Below are positions 48,101 through 59,963 of a stretch of 64,000 bases of DNA, in pieces. Both the position numbers and the translations under genes were made by a program. The stretch lies in NCBI GenBank assembly GCA_964188305.1, contig OZ076892.1. One strand, 5' to 3'. Numbering within the stretch: the first letter of the stretch is position 1; each line of letters opens with the position of its first letter. Origin of the DNA: Podarcis bocagei. Lineage: Eukaryota. The notes under the pieces were generated by a model that was given only the letters and a program-made list of their open reading frames with translations, did no database searches and was not told the origin of the DNA.

Positions 48101-51100
48101 ATGGGTTGGATTAAATGCAAAGAGTTTGGAAAGAATCCAGACACAGTTAAGTAAACAGCTCTGTTTGGGCTAGGAGAAAAGCGTGTTTGTTCTGTATCTA
48201 CTGTTGGAAAAGGACAGTGGATGCTCTTGGATATTGGGGGCCCCTTTGAAATGAGCATCACCCCTGCTGGCAGTGCTGCACCCCCAAAGCCCCTTCATGA
48301 CTCTTACGTTAAAAAAGAACCAGATTTTTACCCACACTAGTCCATGTATTCCCCAGGGCCCCATCATCCCAATCAAATAGATCAGAGCATGCTGACTGCA
48401 GAACTGGCAAAGAAGAAGATGAAGACGAAGCAGCAGCTTTGGATCCATGGCTCGATTGCTCACAACGTAGTTTGGGAGGCATTCTCAAACCCCAAATGTT
48501 GTCAGCAGCTCAGGAAAAGAAGATGTTGCTCTCACTGAAATTCCCCCCTTTCACTGCCCTTGTTTGAGCTGGCTAAATGGAGACTTCTTGTTCTCTCTGC
48601 TCAATGCTAATAGGTTCATTGCCCCTGGAGCAAGCAAGGGCTGTGGGCTCCCTTTCCCCTTAGCTCCAGTCCATTAGGGAATATTGCCCCTTGCTTCATT
48701 CAGTGCTGCTAGTACATCTCTATTGGGAATCAATGCCCAACTCCCCCACCCTCCTCCTGCTGGGCACATTGCGCTGCTGCTGCACGTCTGTGGATGAGAG
48801 GAGGAGGCATGGAAATTAAAGAGCACTTTGTTTTTCCAGTGTGATGCCACGGCAAAATTCTGGAAGTGCACACATACACGCACACTTGCAATCATGTAAG
48901 GGTACGCTGAAGGACTCAAATTCAGGACACAATTGCTGGAGGAGGGTAGTTTTGTGGGGGAGAGTGATGTGAAAAACGAGAGCAGCGTTGACCATGGGTC
49001 TTCCCAGCACATCAACATGCATGCTTAGCTAGCGGGGATTTGCATTTATGCTCTGGGTAACAGCACCAACATCCTGCCTGTTAATGAGCGGGTAGGACCC
49101 AGCCTGCCAATCATTTGTGGCACAAACCTCATGTGCTCCTGTTGTAGGGTGCCAGTTGCCTGATAGCTGGCATGGTGCTGGGGCAGTGCCTGTGTGTGGC
49201 CTTGGCACAATGGACGAGGCGGAGAATGATTTCCCAAGCTCGGAGGTTCTGCTTTTCTGTGTCTCTCTAGCTGAAGCCTTTATATGAATGGACTGTGCAG
49301 ACACAGCCTTTCTGGCACCAGCCATGATGTAAAGGGGGGGGACACATGTAAAGTCCTGGCACCTGGGGAGGGTCATGTGTACCACAACAAGCCCCTGACT
49401 TAGCTGCCAACACTGGGCAAAGTGAACGTCTCATCAGAGCATCTGGGGAAACCTGAACTATGACCTACAGGGAACACCAAAGAATAGGATTTACTACAGC
49501 AGCCTTCCCCAGCCTGGTGCCCTCCAGCTGTTTTGGACCACAGTTCTCATCATCCCCAGCCAGTGCTGCTGATTGGAATCATGCACCAAAACAGCTGGAG
49601 GGAATCAGGTTGGGGAAGGCTGCTGGCTCAGAGTCTCTCATTGTGTGACTGTTCTAGACTCTTGTGCAATTGCATTGCTGAGATTACCTGCACATACAGA
49701 AGCCAAGGCTGCTGGCATGTCTTCCACCCCTTGGGTACAAAACTGATGGCCATGGAGTATGGGGTCAGTGGGGCGACATCTGAGCACACACAGCCCATGG
49801 CTCACAGTCAGGACAGTAGCTCTGGTGGCATCTTCCTTCCTCCTGACAGACCAGCCTTTGTTCTGGGTCTGCCTGCTGGCCTGCTCTCAAACAGACCAGT
49901 CTTTTGTCATTGCAACTCCCAGCAGCAGCTGGTTCCTTAGCAGGAGCCCCAGGTTCTTGGTACCCATCTGTAAGTTGCCCTGGGAGAAAGTGCCAACCTT
50001 TCTTCCTTTGCCGCTCTTCAGGCAAAGCCAGCTGCTGCTCTTCCTGTTTTGTCCCACACCTCTCTGGGTAGCTCTAGGAGTCCTAGAGGTGTGGGACAAA
50101 ACAGGAAGAGTGCTTAGTACTGGGGAAGGGGGAGATAAGGCTCCCTCCCCCTTTCCTGGATGATCTCTTCATCCAAGGCTGAGCAAACAGAAGGAAGGGC
50201 AAGGAGAAGGAAGGAAACAAGGGGTGGGGGGGTGTATCAGGTGTCTGCCTTTGCAAACACAGCCCCTTTGTTAACAGCCTCACAGCTGCAAAGAGCCTCT
50301 TTTGGCATATTGTGCAGCTTTGCTCATTTACCCCCTTTTTCAGTTTGGGGTGCCCATCCTAGAAGAAAGCTGCACAAGGATGCTTTGAAGCCTGGATATC
50401 TCAGTTGGTTAGAGCATGGTGCTGATAATGCCAAGACCGCAGGTTCGATCCCGGTATAGGATAAGGTTACCAGATGTCCCCGTTTCCCGGGGACAGTCCC
50501 CGGATTTACAGCTTTCTCAGCATTCACATGTACATAGCAAACAATAAGTGTCCCTGGAATCATTTAAAAAACCTGGTAACCTTAGTATAGGACCGCTGCC
50601 TATTCCTGCATTGCAGGGGGTGGGACTCAGACGATCCTCCGGGTCCCTTCCAACTCTACAATTCTATGATTCTAAGACCATGAGCCCACAGAAGTGCATC
50701 TGTTTGGCTTGGCTTGGCCTGAACGGGAGCCACGTAAAGAGGGAAATAGGAAGGGAAGATGAGAGGACAAAGACCACAGGGGTATTGCAGGCTGGCATTC
50801 CAATTACGTAAAAAAGAGGGCACAGATTTCCATATGAAATTTTATATGTATGGATGTAAATCCAGGTGTCCTTTTCTCAGGGTAGCTACCCAGATGCCAG
50901 TGGGGAACCCTCAAGCAGGAGCTGAGCCCAAGAGCCCTCTCCTCACTTTGATTCCCAGCAACTCCTGTTCAGAAGCAGGTTGCCTCTGACTGTGGAGGCC
51001 GAGCATGGCCATCGTGGCTAGGAGCCACTGACAGACTTACCCCCCATGAATCTGGAAGGCCTTTGGTTGGCAGAGGCTTGGTTAAGGGCTTGGAGTCGAA

Positions 51101-54100
51101 GAGAAAGCTATTAAGGAGTGAGGCCGCAGGAGGAACCTGCAGGAAGAGCAACAGCAAATATCTTAAGCTGAAGTTTAAGTGGAAGAACCGTGGGAGACGT
51201 TTTTGACATGGTGCCAGTCTCTGCTAGATGCAAGGAGGGGATAACACACACACACACACACACACACACGGGAGACAGCCAAGTTGCAGCTAGACATGGT
51301 TGACGCGGCAGGCTGGATTAATCCCTGCAGCCGAATTCAGTACAGGAGGGTGAAGAAATGCAAAAATGGAGAGCCAAAGAAAAGAGGAATGCTGTAGCTC
51401 AGCTGAACGGTGACCCAACATCTGAGCTTTGGTAGAAGCAGGGGATGGAAATTGTTCCTTGGTTTCTCATCTGCCATGGATAAGTTGTAGGAGTGGCCTG
51501 GATAAGGAGCTGGAGTTTAAGAACAGAGAAGCATTAGAAAAACCTGCAGGATCAGGCCAGTGGCCCATCTAGTCCAGCATCCTGTTCTCACAGTGGCCCG
51601 TGATGTGCCTGTGGGAAACCCTCAAGCAGAACCTGAGTGCAAGTGGTCTACAGAAGGATTACAGCCTCAGACTGTGGAGGCAGAACCGTCGTGGCTAGTA
51701 GCCATCCAGGCTGGTGTCAGTTTAGGGGTCTGTTCCCAGAATTCACTGCAGAAACAAAGGGCAGTCCCACTCAGCTTCCTTCATGCCAATTGGGGGGGGG
51801 GGGCTTGTATGGGAAACAGGCCTCTCCTACCTGTTGGCCACCAAGCCTGACTGTATCCACCTGAACTGAAAAGGGATGCTGATGCTGGGTGGGTGGGTCT
51901 GATCAGGCCTGGGTAGTGATTCTCCCTCTGCTCTCCTACCATGTCTCCTGTAAGCAGATGCAACCCTTTGTCGTTTCAGAGCTGATTAAAGGGGCCCAAA
52001 CGCCAGAGCGGCTGGCCCCCATTATTGTACCCATACATGGACTGGTGGAAGAGCCCCACAGCCCCCCTGCTGAGGAAGAAGGAGGGATCCCAATCCCCAC
52101 TTCCGGGCTGCTGCAGGTTGCAGAGCGCAGGCGTAAGTAAAATCTGGAAGGAAGGAGTTGGCTCTCTGCTGACTGTAGGAGAAGGCAAAGAGCTTTCTGG
52201 GCCCCTAGCCCAGCTCAGCAACTCCCCCTGAGACCCTGGACTCCCTTACAGCTGCATCTCCTGGGAGCTGCAGAAAGGCCCATCTGGGAGCTTACCACAA
52301 ATAAGAAGCATACTTTGCATTCATTTAAAGTGCAGAGGCTAAAAGGCTGAGCTACGGAATCAGGAAAGTCCCTGGCTCAAATCTTGCCTCTGCCATTAAC
52401 CCGCCAGTGTTCCCTCTCAGGCCTCAGTTTGCAGACCATCTGCAGTGTGGGGAGGGCATGTCCGAGTCCAGGACAACTGACCCTATCAGAGAGCCTTCTC
52501 ATCTGTTCCCACACTGCCTAACCGGTCATGGTTCTCACTGACATTTTGTCTCCGCAGAGCCTTTGAGCAGCGTCTCCTCCCTCGAGGTGCACTTTGACCT
52601 TCTGGACCTAACTGAGCTTACAGACATGTCTGACCAGGAGCTGGCGGAGGTCTTTGCTGACTCCGACGATGAGAATACAGGCAATGAATCCCCTGCTGGT
52701 AAGCATGGTCTCTCGATTGAATCTTACACCAATTAATTATGCAAGCTTGAAAATGGAGGAACTAATTAGTCCAGGGGTCTGCAACCTTTAAGACAAAAAG
52801 AGCCACTTGGACCTGTTTCCGAAGGAAAAAAAACCTGGGAGCCGCAAAACCATTGCGACATTTAAAACAAATATATCTCCGGAGCCGCGATCTGACAGCG
52901 GGCAGGAAGGTGACGTCGGGACGGTGCGTGACTAACGCACGCACTGCCCCCATGCGACGTCACAGCCAGTACAGCGCCCGCCACAGTGGGGAGTCTCAGA
53001 GCGCACAATGCGCCTCCTCCCCTTGCTAGTATCCGCCCCGGAGCCGCGGCAAAGGTGTAAAAGAGCCACATGCGGCTCCGGAGCCGCGGGTTGCAGACCC
53101 CTGAATTAGTCAATTCCAACTGCATACATCTGCATAGACCTAAGATAGCTCCAAAGGCTGGGGGAGAAACATGTTGGGATTCAAAAGAGGTATCAGCAAG
53201 CTGTGGGCCTTGAAATGTTGCTGGACTACAACTCCTATCATCCTTGACAAAAGAGCGCAAGATGAGACTGCTGGGTCGAGCCAACAGCTGCAGATTAATG
53301 TGGCACTCATCCTGCTAGGCATGTGGGCAGAGGCAGTGTCATATAAATTGGCTTTGCAAAGCAGCTAAGCAAGTGCCTTATCCTGGGGGGGGGGGGTGTC
53401 AGCTGACACCTTTCCACCCATCCCACCCTCTAGTAATCTCACTTGCAAGTGTGAGATTACTTAGGAGAAGCCTATCTGGAGAGGCGACTCTGCTCTCCAG
53501 TTTTGATCCTAGAAATTTTTCTAACCACAAACAAAGTTGCCGTTTCTGCAGCTTCTTAGAATGCTTTCCTTTTTATACCATAGTTCCTGCTGGCCGGGAT
53601 TAATGTTGTTACCCCATTCGGTAGGATTTTATTGATTTCAGTATAAGTCTGATCTCTTGTTCCCCTCCCCAGGCTTTAAGTTTAACAAGAAGCAGTTCAG
53701 ACATGAAGCCACAAAGGGCCTAAGCATCAGATGTACACCCTGAGATCTGTTGCCTTCCAACCTGAAGCATATTCAATTGCAAAATGGCAACTCTGTATGG
53801 TGCCTTACGGCTCCGCAAAGTGTGTTTCTGTACTCAGGTGCCCTAATTTCTTTTTTGTCATGCATCTAATTCTCAAAATTACTTTTAAAAAAGCTGTCGA
53901 TGTTCAGTGCACAAGAGTGAGTCTATGAGGCCCAATTCTTGCAGTGTAATCTTATCCATCTCTAGCCAGAAGTAAGTCCCACTGAGTTCTATGGTGCTTA
54001 CTCCCAGTTAAGTGGGAACAGGATTGCAAACAGAGTAAGATACTTTTAATCAGCTAGGCAAGATCTAGGGCACAAAGACTAGGGCTGTGGCGGGGGGAAG

Positions 54101-56354
54101 AGTGCCTGGCAACTGCCTTGTGGGGCTTGCACATCACCCCAGGCAGAGCTGCTGCGGCAGAAAGGTCACCTGAGCCAATCAACCCCACCTGTGATGATAA
54201 GGAACCTAAGCATGGAGTGACAGTGTGAAATCTGCTTAATCAAGTATGCCGGTAGGGGTGTGTGTGCGCCTCATTAAGCAGCCCAGCTGTGCCAAGAGTC
54301 TCAGAAAACAGATAGCATTTGACAGGTGTCTCAGAAAGGGAGACACTTTGGCTTAGAGGATGTTCTCCTTGATTGTGGAAAATATCAAGCTTCTCCCTGG
54401 GGCAAGCTGGTTCTCCTCAGAGTGATGATGTCCTCATTATCTGCTTGAGGATGATGCGCAAGCTATTGCTCTAGGGAGGGCTTGTGCGCTGTGTGTGTAG
54501 GGAGGAGGGAGGGCTCCCCCATCCCATGATTCCAGGCCCTCTTCTCCTGCCCCTCCCAGAGCAATGGCATGATGAGCAGCTGTGCTGAGAGGGGTATGAA
54601 GAAGGTGTCTGCGATGGTGTCTGCGGAGGCAGCAGCTGCATCCCAGTGACACAGATGGAGTGGAAATGCAGATCAGCCTCCTTGGTGGGAAAGTGTGAGT
54701 GGAATTAATGAGGAGAGTTCCCTGCACTCTCAGCAGACAAGAAGAGGCAGGGAGGGAAATCCAGGCTGCAGGTCGGCTTTTTGATTTGTTATTATCGGCC
54801 ATCATGTGTATGCATCACACAGAATGAGGTGAGCAGACTCTCAGGGGATCTGCCAAAAACACCCAGTGGATCCCACACCTCTGTTCTACTTCTTCACAGA
54901 AAATGCGGGGCTCAAAGTCCTCCCTCTTTCACTGGGAGGCTGCGTCTGGAAAGGGAGCTTATTCGATTTTGAGCAGGCCTTGCAAAATGTATTGGCTGCA
55001 CAGGCCGCAAGTACAGCAAGGGAGACCCACGTGAGCCGCTCATCAAGGCCCCACGGAACTAGCTTGATGTGTCCTTTGATGTGGACACAGCTGGGAGCTG
55101 GTGTTGCGCATGACTAGCTGCCCCTCGCCGGAGTGGGAGGACTTTGTGTTTCTCACTGAGAATTTTAAGTTGGTTACTGTTTTAATCTGCTTCTCTTCTG
55201 CTCTGCTGTTGTTTTATCTGCTTTGGATATTTGTTTTGTTTTTATTGTACATTGCTTCAGATAGCTGCCTTTGATACCCAGTATGTGGAAAGATGGGTCA
55301 CAAATTAAGGGCTCGCCCAAACTTGACTTGTATTTTGATTGCATTGTGCCCCGATTACCGTACTTTTCCGTCTATAAGACGAGGGTCTTTAATTTAAAAA
55401 TTAGCTTTAAAATTTCCCTCGTCTTATACTTGGGTAGTGCAGAGTGGGGTTGGGCGATTGGTCGCAGCTGCGAGCAGGAGATTCTCAGTGGTGATAGTGC
55501 TGATGATTGGTGGCTGTGAGAAGGGCTGCTGGCAATTGGCTGCCATTTTCCATTTTCTTAATTTGGAGTCCCCCAAAATAGGGGGCATCTTATACATGGG
55601 GGCATGTTATACATGGAAAAATACGGTAAATCCCCAGGGTCCGAGAGGTTTTCTCATTGTTCTGCAGCTGTGCCTTGTGAAAATCAGTTCTTACCCACTG
55701 AACTGGATCTTCTCAGATGCATAGAAAATCCGAAGAGAGATGTTGCTTACCGAGCTATTGAGTCAATGGGTACAATGGATTTTTCTCAAGGCACAGCCAC
55801 AGAACAATGGGGAAGCTCTTAGACCTGGGGGAATTAGTTGGTACACAATGCAATCAGAATATGGGCAGACGAAAGTGTGGCTGAGCCCTGATTTTTGCAA
55901 AATCCCCAAGAAAGAAGAAAGAAAGTTTTGAGCTTTTTAAAATAGGGAATTTGCAACAACAACAACCCAACACTTCCAGTGAAGGCTGTCATATACCCGG
56001 ATTTTCCCAAACATTCTAAACAATTTCTGAAAACTCTGCCTGGACGCTATTTTTGGTGGACAAATCCCCAGATGTGTCTGGGAAATTCCGGACATACGGC
56101 AGTCCTAACGAAAGGTCTGTCGGTGTGAGGAAGCAACCAGGTGTGCTGGTCAGTCCCGACCTGCCTTTCTTTCTCTCGGCATAGGTCTGCACCCCCACCC
56201 CCACCCTAACCCCCGGGCCGGCTACCTGCGCTCCCCATCCTGGACGAGGTCAAAAGGTGATCAGGGCCGGGAGAAGAAGCACCTCAGTGACTCGGAGCTC
56301 CAGGCCAGCAAAGCAGACACTTTCCTTACTGTGGAGAAGCCGAAAGAAGAATAA
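43995..56354 (+). CDS. DBNDD1: Dysbindin domain-containing protein 1, complete, 164 aa
   Basis: Exons 43995-44025 ([10 protein letters not shown]), 51980-52132 (…[20 protein letters not shown]), 52558-52698 ([39 protein letters not shown]), 56185-56354 ([22 protein letters not shown]…[10 protein letters not shown]). All phase-1 GT-AG introns. Head-to-head with GAS8. Confidence 0.95.
50390..50674 (+). mobile_element. tRNA-Ile-derived SINE with CR1-type tail, interrupted by a MITE
   Basis: Head tctcagttggttagagcatggtgctGATaatgccaagaccgcaggttcgatccc (A and B boxes); tail ttccaactctacaattctatgattcta. Confidence 0.8.
50462..50584. mobile_element. hAT MITE (123 bp) nested in the SINE
   Basis: TIR TAAGGTTACCAG…CTGGTAACCTTA; 8-bp TSD GTATAGGA (50454-50461, 50585-50592). 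Confidence 0.88.
52772..53103. mobile_element. Young non-autonomous hAT element (332 bp) in DBNDD1 intron 3
   Basis: Perfect 15-bp TIR CAGGGGTCTGCAACC, perfect TSD AATTAGTC, repeated GGAGCCGC subterminal motifs, CpGs retained. Confidence 0.92.
55358..55626. mobile_element. Tc1/mariner-pogo type MITE
   Basis: TA|CCGTACTTTTCCGTCTATAAGAC … GTTATACATGGAAAAATACGG|TA imperfect TIRs. Confidence 0.7.
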
Positions 56355-59300
56355 CGAGAGCCAGAAGCCAGACCAAGGTGCCAACACTCACTCTTGCACT
56401 AACCACAAATTCCAAGCAATTTGTGACCTTAAGAGACATTCATTCTGCCTCCTCCTCTGCCTCCCTCCCTCCCAGGTCAAGACATTTGCCAGTCTTGCTG
56501 GTTGTGTAAAAATCATTTCGCTTAGCCCCCGGCCATGAGTTACATTTGCCCATCAGGACCTTCTCTGCACTGCCATCAACACCAGGCAGCAGATGCCACG
56601 TCTAGGGGAGATGGCTGCGGCCCTGTTTCCTTTAGGCACTTTTGAACCTTCTGCTGCTACCTTCTCAACAAAGCCTGTGGCGATGGACACACCAACAAGA
56701 GGCTACCTTGCTGGGGACGAGTAGAAATGGGAGAGGGAGAGAGGCTTGAAGCACACAGCAATAGAGAAAAAGCCCCCCTTCTTCAGCCACGTGCCTTGAG
56801 CAATGCTGGGGGTGATGGGAGGCAGCGTCTCAGCCAGGGAAAGGAACCTTGTTATACCAAAGGAACCTGGGGGAAACTCAGAACCATTTCTACAACGCTT
56901 CCAGGATATGTGGTGAAGCCAAAAGTCCAGCTGCCAGGAGGACCTGCTGGGAAAGGGTGGAACCAGCCCTCACTTCCGAAAGCACATTTTCTTCCCAGTG
57001 GCCTTAACTCCCAGCTGCTGCTTTGGGGTTTTGGTCTTCTTAGCACACAGCATCCACAGGCTTGGCCTGGCTCAGCCTCAGGGCAGCTGCACGCTTCTCC
57101 TCCTGCAACTCTGTGCATTCTCATGAGGAGGAAGAGCTCCCTCCATGGCCGGCGAGGGTGACAAACAACTGCTTGGAAGCCACGAAGGAGCAGGACTGAA
57201 TTGAGCAGCTAAGCCCGTCCTATGGTACGTCCCCATGTGAACTGGGGAGGCCTCTTTGTGCCAGTGGAAAGAGGCACGCTGCTGAGACTGCTTCTTGCCC
57301 TGTTGTGCATTAAACCAGAAGCTCTCAGCCAAGTGCTGGACCCAGCTTGTGTTTTCCCTAGTGGTGGCACTCTGGTGCCTGAATGCCCTTGTAGCAGGGA
57401 CAAGGGAGTTAGTTCAGTCTCTGGGGTCCCCTTCAGCACAGGCTCCTCCCAAGGCTTACACACCCTCTTGTACCCTATTGAGGTTTTTGGGCCTCAGAAA
57501 GTTTGGGAGCCCAGTTTACCTTACCTTCCTCACCAGGGCTGGTCAGCCACTTGGTGTTGCCACTTGGCAGACTGGGCACCTGCTGTTGGCACCCAGTTAG
57601 CTAGACCCAGAGGGTTGCATCCCCTCTCCCCCCCCTCTCCTTCTCAGGATGGGAAAGCCAGGATGGGGCAGGAACAGCAGCTTCTCTCTCCCAGCCCTAC
57701 ACCATTCAAATCATGTTGCTCCATTCACTTTGCAAATGTGCCGCAGTCCTTACTGGGCTTGCTATCGAAACATGCCTGTCAGTGACATTGAACCGGAGGC
57801 TGAGAGGTGGCGACTTGCAGCTGAGGCCATTCAGTTAGGTGGGACCACAGGCCGGAGCTCAGCCCAGCCCTCTAATCTATCAACCACACTGACTCTCCGG
57901 ACCTCCAACAGAGATGGGGGCACTGCACAAGCCCCAAAGCCTACAGAGTAACTGCACAGCCCTGCTCTGGGTGACTGCATCTTTCTGGGGGAGGGAGTGG
58001 GGGGGGGGTTAGAGGCTCCACAGCCTGAGACACCACAGTAGCCATGGGCGAAGGGAATGCTGCATTTCTTTACAGCCACTAAGAGAGGTGGTCTGGGCCT
58101 TAGTTTAAAGCCGGTTTCCTTGCCAAACAGATCAGAGGGCGACAAAATCTTCTCATGCATTCCTGGGATGAGTCTGTAGCAAGCGGCAGCCTCCATCCTC
58201 TGCAGCAAAATGCTGGCATCTTAAGGCAAGAGGGATTTGTGTCAAGACAAATGGAGCTGCAGATGCCCTCCTTCCTCCTCTTTGGGAATTCAAAAATGCA
58301 CAGCCCTCAGCCCTCTCCACTTTGCCTGCCACACCAGAGGAGATAAACTTTCAAGCCCCATTGTGGAGCGCAGAGCGTAGATGACAAGGACTCTGAGGCC
58401 TGTCCAGAGTTTCACGGCTTAACGGATAAGCATCTGCTGATTGCAGCACAAGCTGATCTCGCAGCCAGCTGAAGTGGAAATGCTGGTGTATCATGATGCC
58501 CAGATGACATATGAGCCACCAGGGAATATGTGTGTGCATGTGCCGAGAGGGGGCTCAGGGAGAACAACAGCTGCCTGCTTCCCAAGTTGATCCTTTGCTT
58601 CCACAGCCAAATTCAGCTGTTTGCAAGGATGCTCTCAAGTGCATCCACACCCTTCCAGTTCACGAAACCCAGTTTGTTGTTTATAACACAGGAACCTGAA
58701 GCCAACCCTGGAACCCTGAGTCTCTGTGCCAATTTAAGCTGGATCTAACTGGGGCTTGTGGAAGAAGAGGGACCTCACCGAAAAGCAGCCTCTTCTGGAG
58801 GACGTGAGGCTGGTTTCATCCTTGCTATGATCTGAGGAACAGTCAGCTTTGTTGGCCAAAGTGTAGGCAGGATGCTGCAGCAGGGATACCGCCAGATCAG
58901 CACAATTACAGAGGCTCAGAGGCAAGGGGAGCAGGGGAGCCAAGGCCACACAGCTCTGCTTGGCCAGGACAGACTTCCCTGGCGCGCTACATTTTTCTCA
59001 CTTGGCACAGTGACAGCATCAAGGCCACTTGAAGGCAAAGGCCACAAAGCTCTTCCAGGTGGCGAGTTCATGTTTCCATCAAGTCCAGCCCCTTCATGCT
59101 TGGAGACTCACCTCCGAGTTGCTCACTCTTGGCAAAGCACAATTTCTGTGGCCTTGCATTGTGCGCAGGTGGGAGAAGTCAGCCTCAATAAGCCTGACAG
59201 ATCACCCCTGGAGCTGGAGGCTGTCCTTCACAGCAATCAGGGTTTCTTAAAGCCACAGAACCAAATTTTCTAGGAGCAGCAGCTGGAATGACCCATACCA

Positions 59301-59957
59301 TTCTCTCGCGCCCTCCTTCCTCATGCCAACAGGTCCAGCCAGTTGCTTGGCTGGGGGATCCTTTGCTGCCTCTGCAATGCTCAGCACACGCAACAGTATT
59401 CACCTGGGCACAGAGGACCAACCAGAGCTTTTCTGCAGGCACACAATGAACAGGGGTCAGGAAGGCAGGAGGTGGCACTTCCAGATACTTCTTGCCCAGC
59501 TCTTGGCCTCTCATTGGGCCAGGTGTAAGAGCTAGCAAAACAAAGTCTCAGTTGCTCTGGCTGAGGCAGAACTACAGCTTTTACAGGAGCCAATCAGAAG
59601 TGTGCTGGATATCACCTAAGGATGACCCAACGTGTCCTTTGCTGCTCTTGGGGCTGGGCTGTAGCTTTGACTCAGTCACACAATCCACTTGCTGGTGCCA
59701 TGAGCAGGAAAACTGCCCAATCGACCGTGCAGAGCCAGGTCTGACCTTGATGATGCTCTGCACACCACTGTCTTGTCATTCACCCAACAGACGTGTATAA
59801 TCCAGGTTTCTGCACTTGGGGTTTGAAGTTTGAATGTGCCCAGTTATGATTTATTGCTGTCCCCCAACTCCTGGAGTCAGACAGCAGTGGCCTCTAAAGC
59901 TGTGGAACAGACCCAGCAATAGGTCACAGGGTGTGTCCTGGCAATGTAGTCTGAACC

Positions 59958-59963
59958 ATTAAA
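59958..59963 (+). terminator. Candidate DBNDD1 polyadenylation signal
   Basis: ATTAAA followed about 15-40 nt later by a T/GT-rich tract (tttttctgttgttttgctttgttc). Confidence 0.45.

Noticed and set aside
50390-50465. tRNA-Ile(GAT)-like sequence
   Set aside because: Acceptor stem is degenerate and the sequence continues into a SINE body with a CR1-type tail; it is a SINE head, not a tRNA gene.
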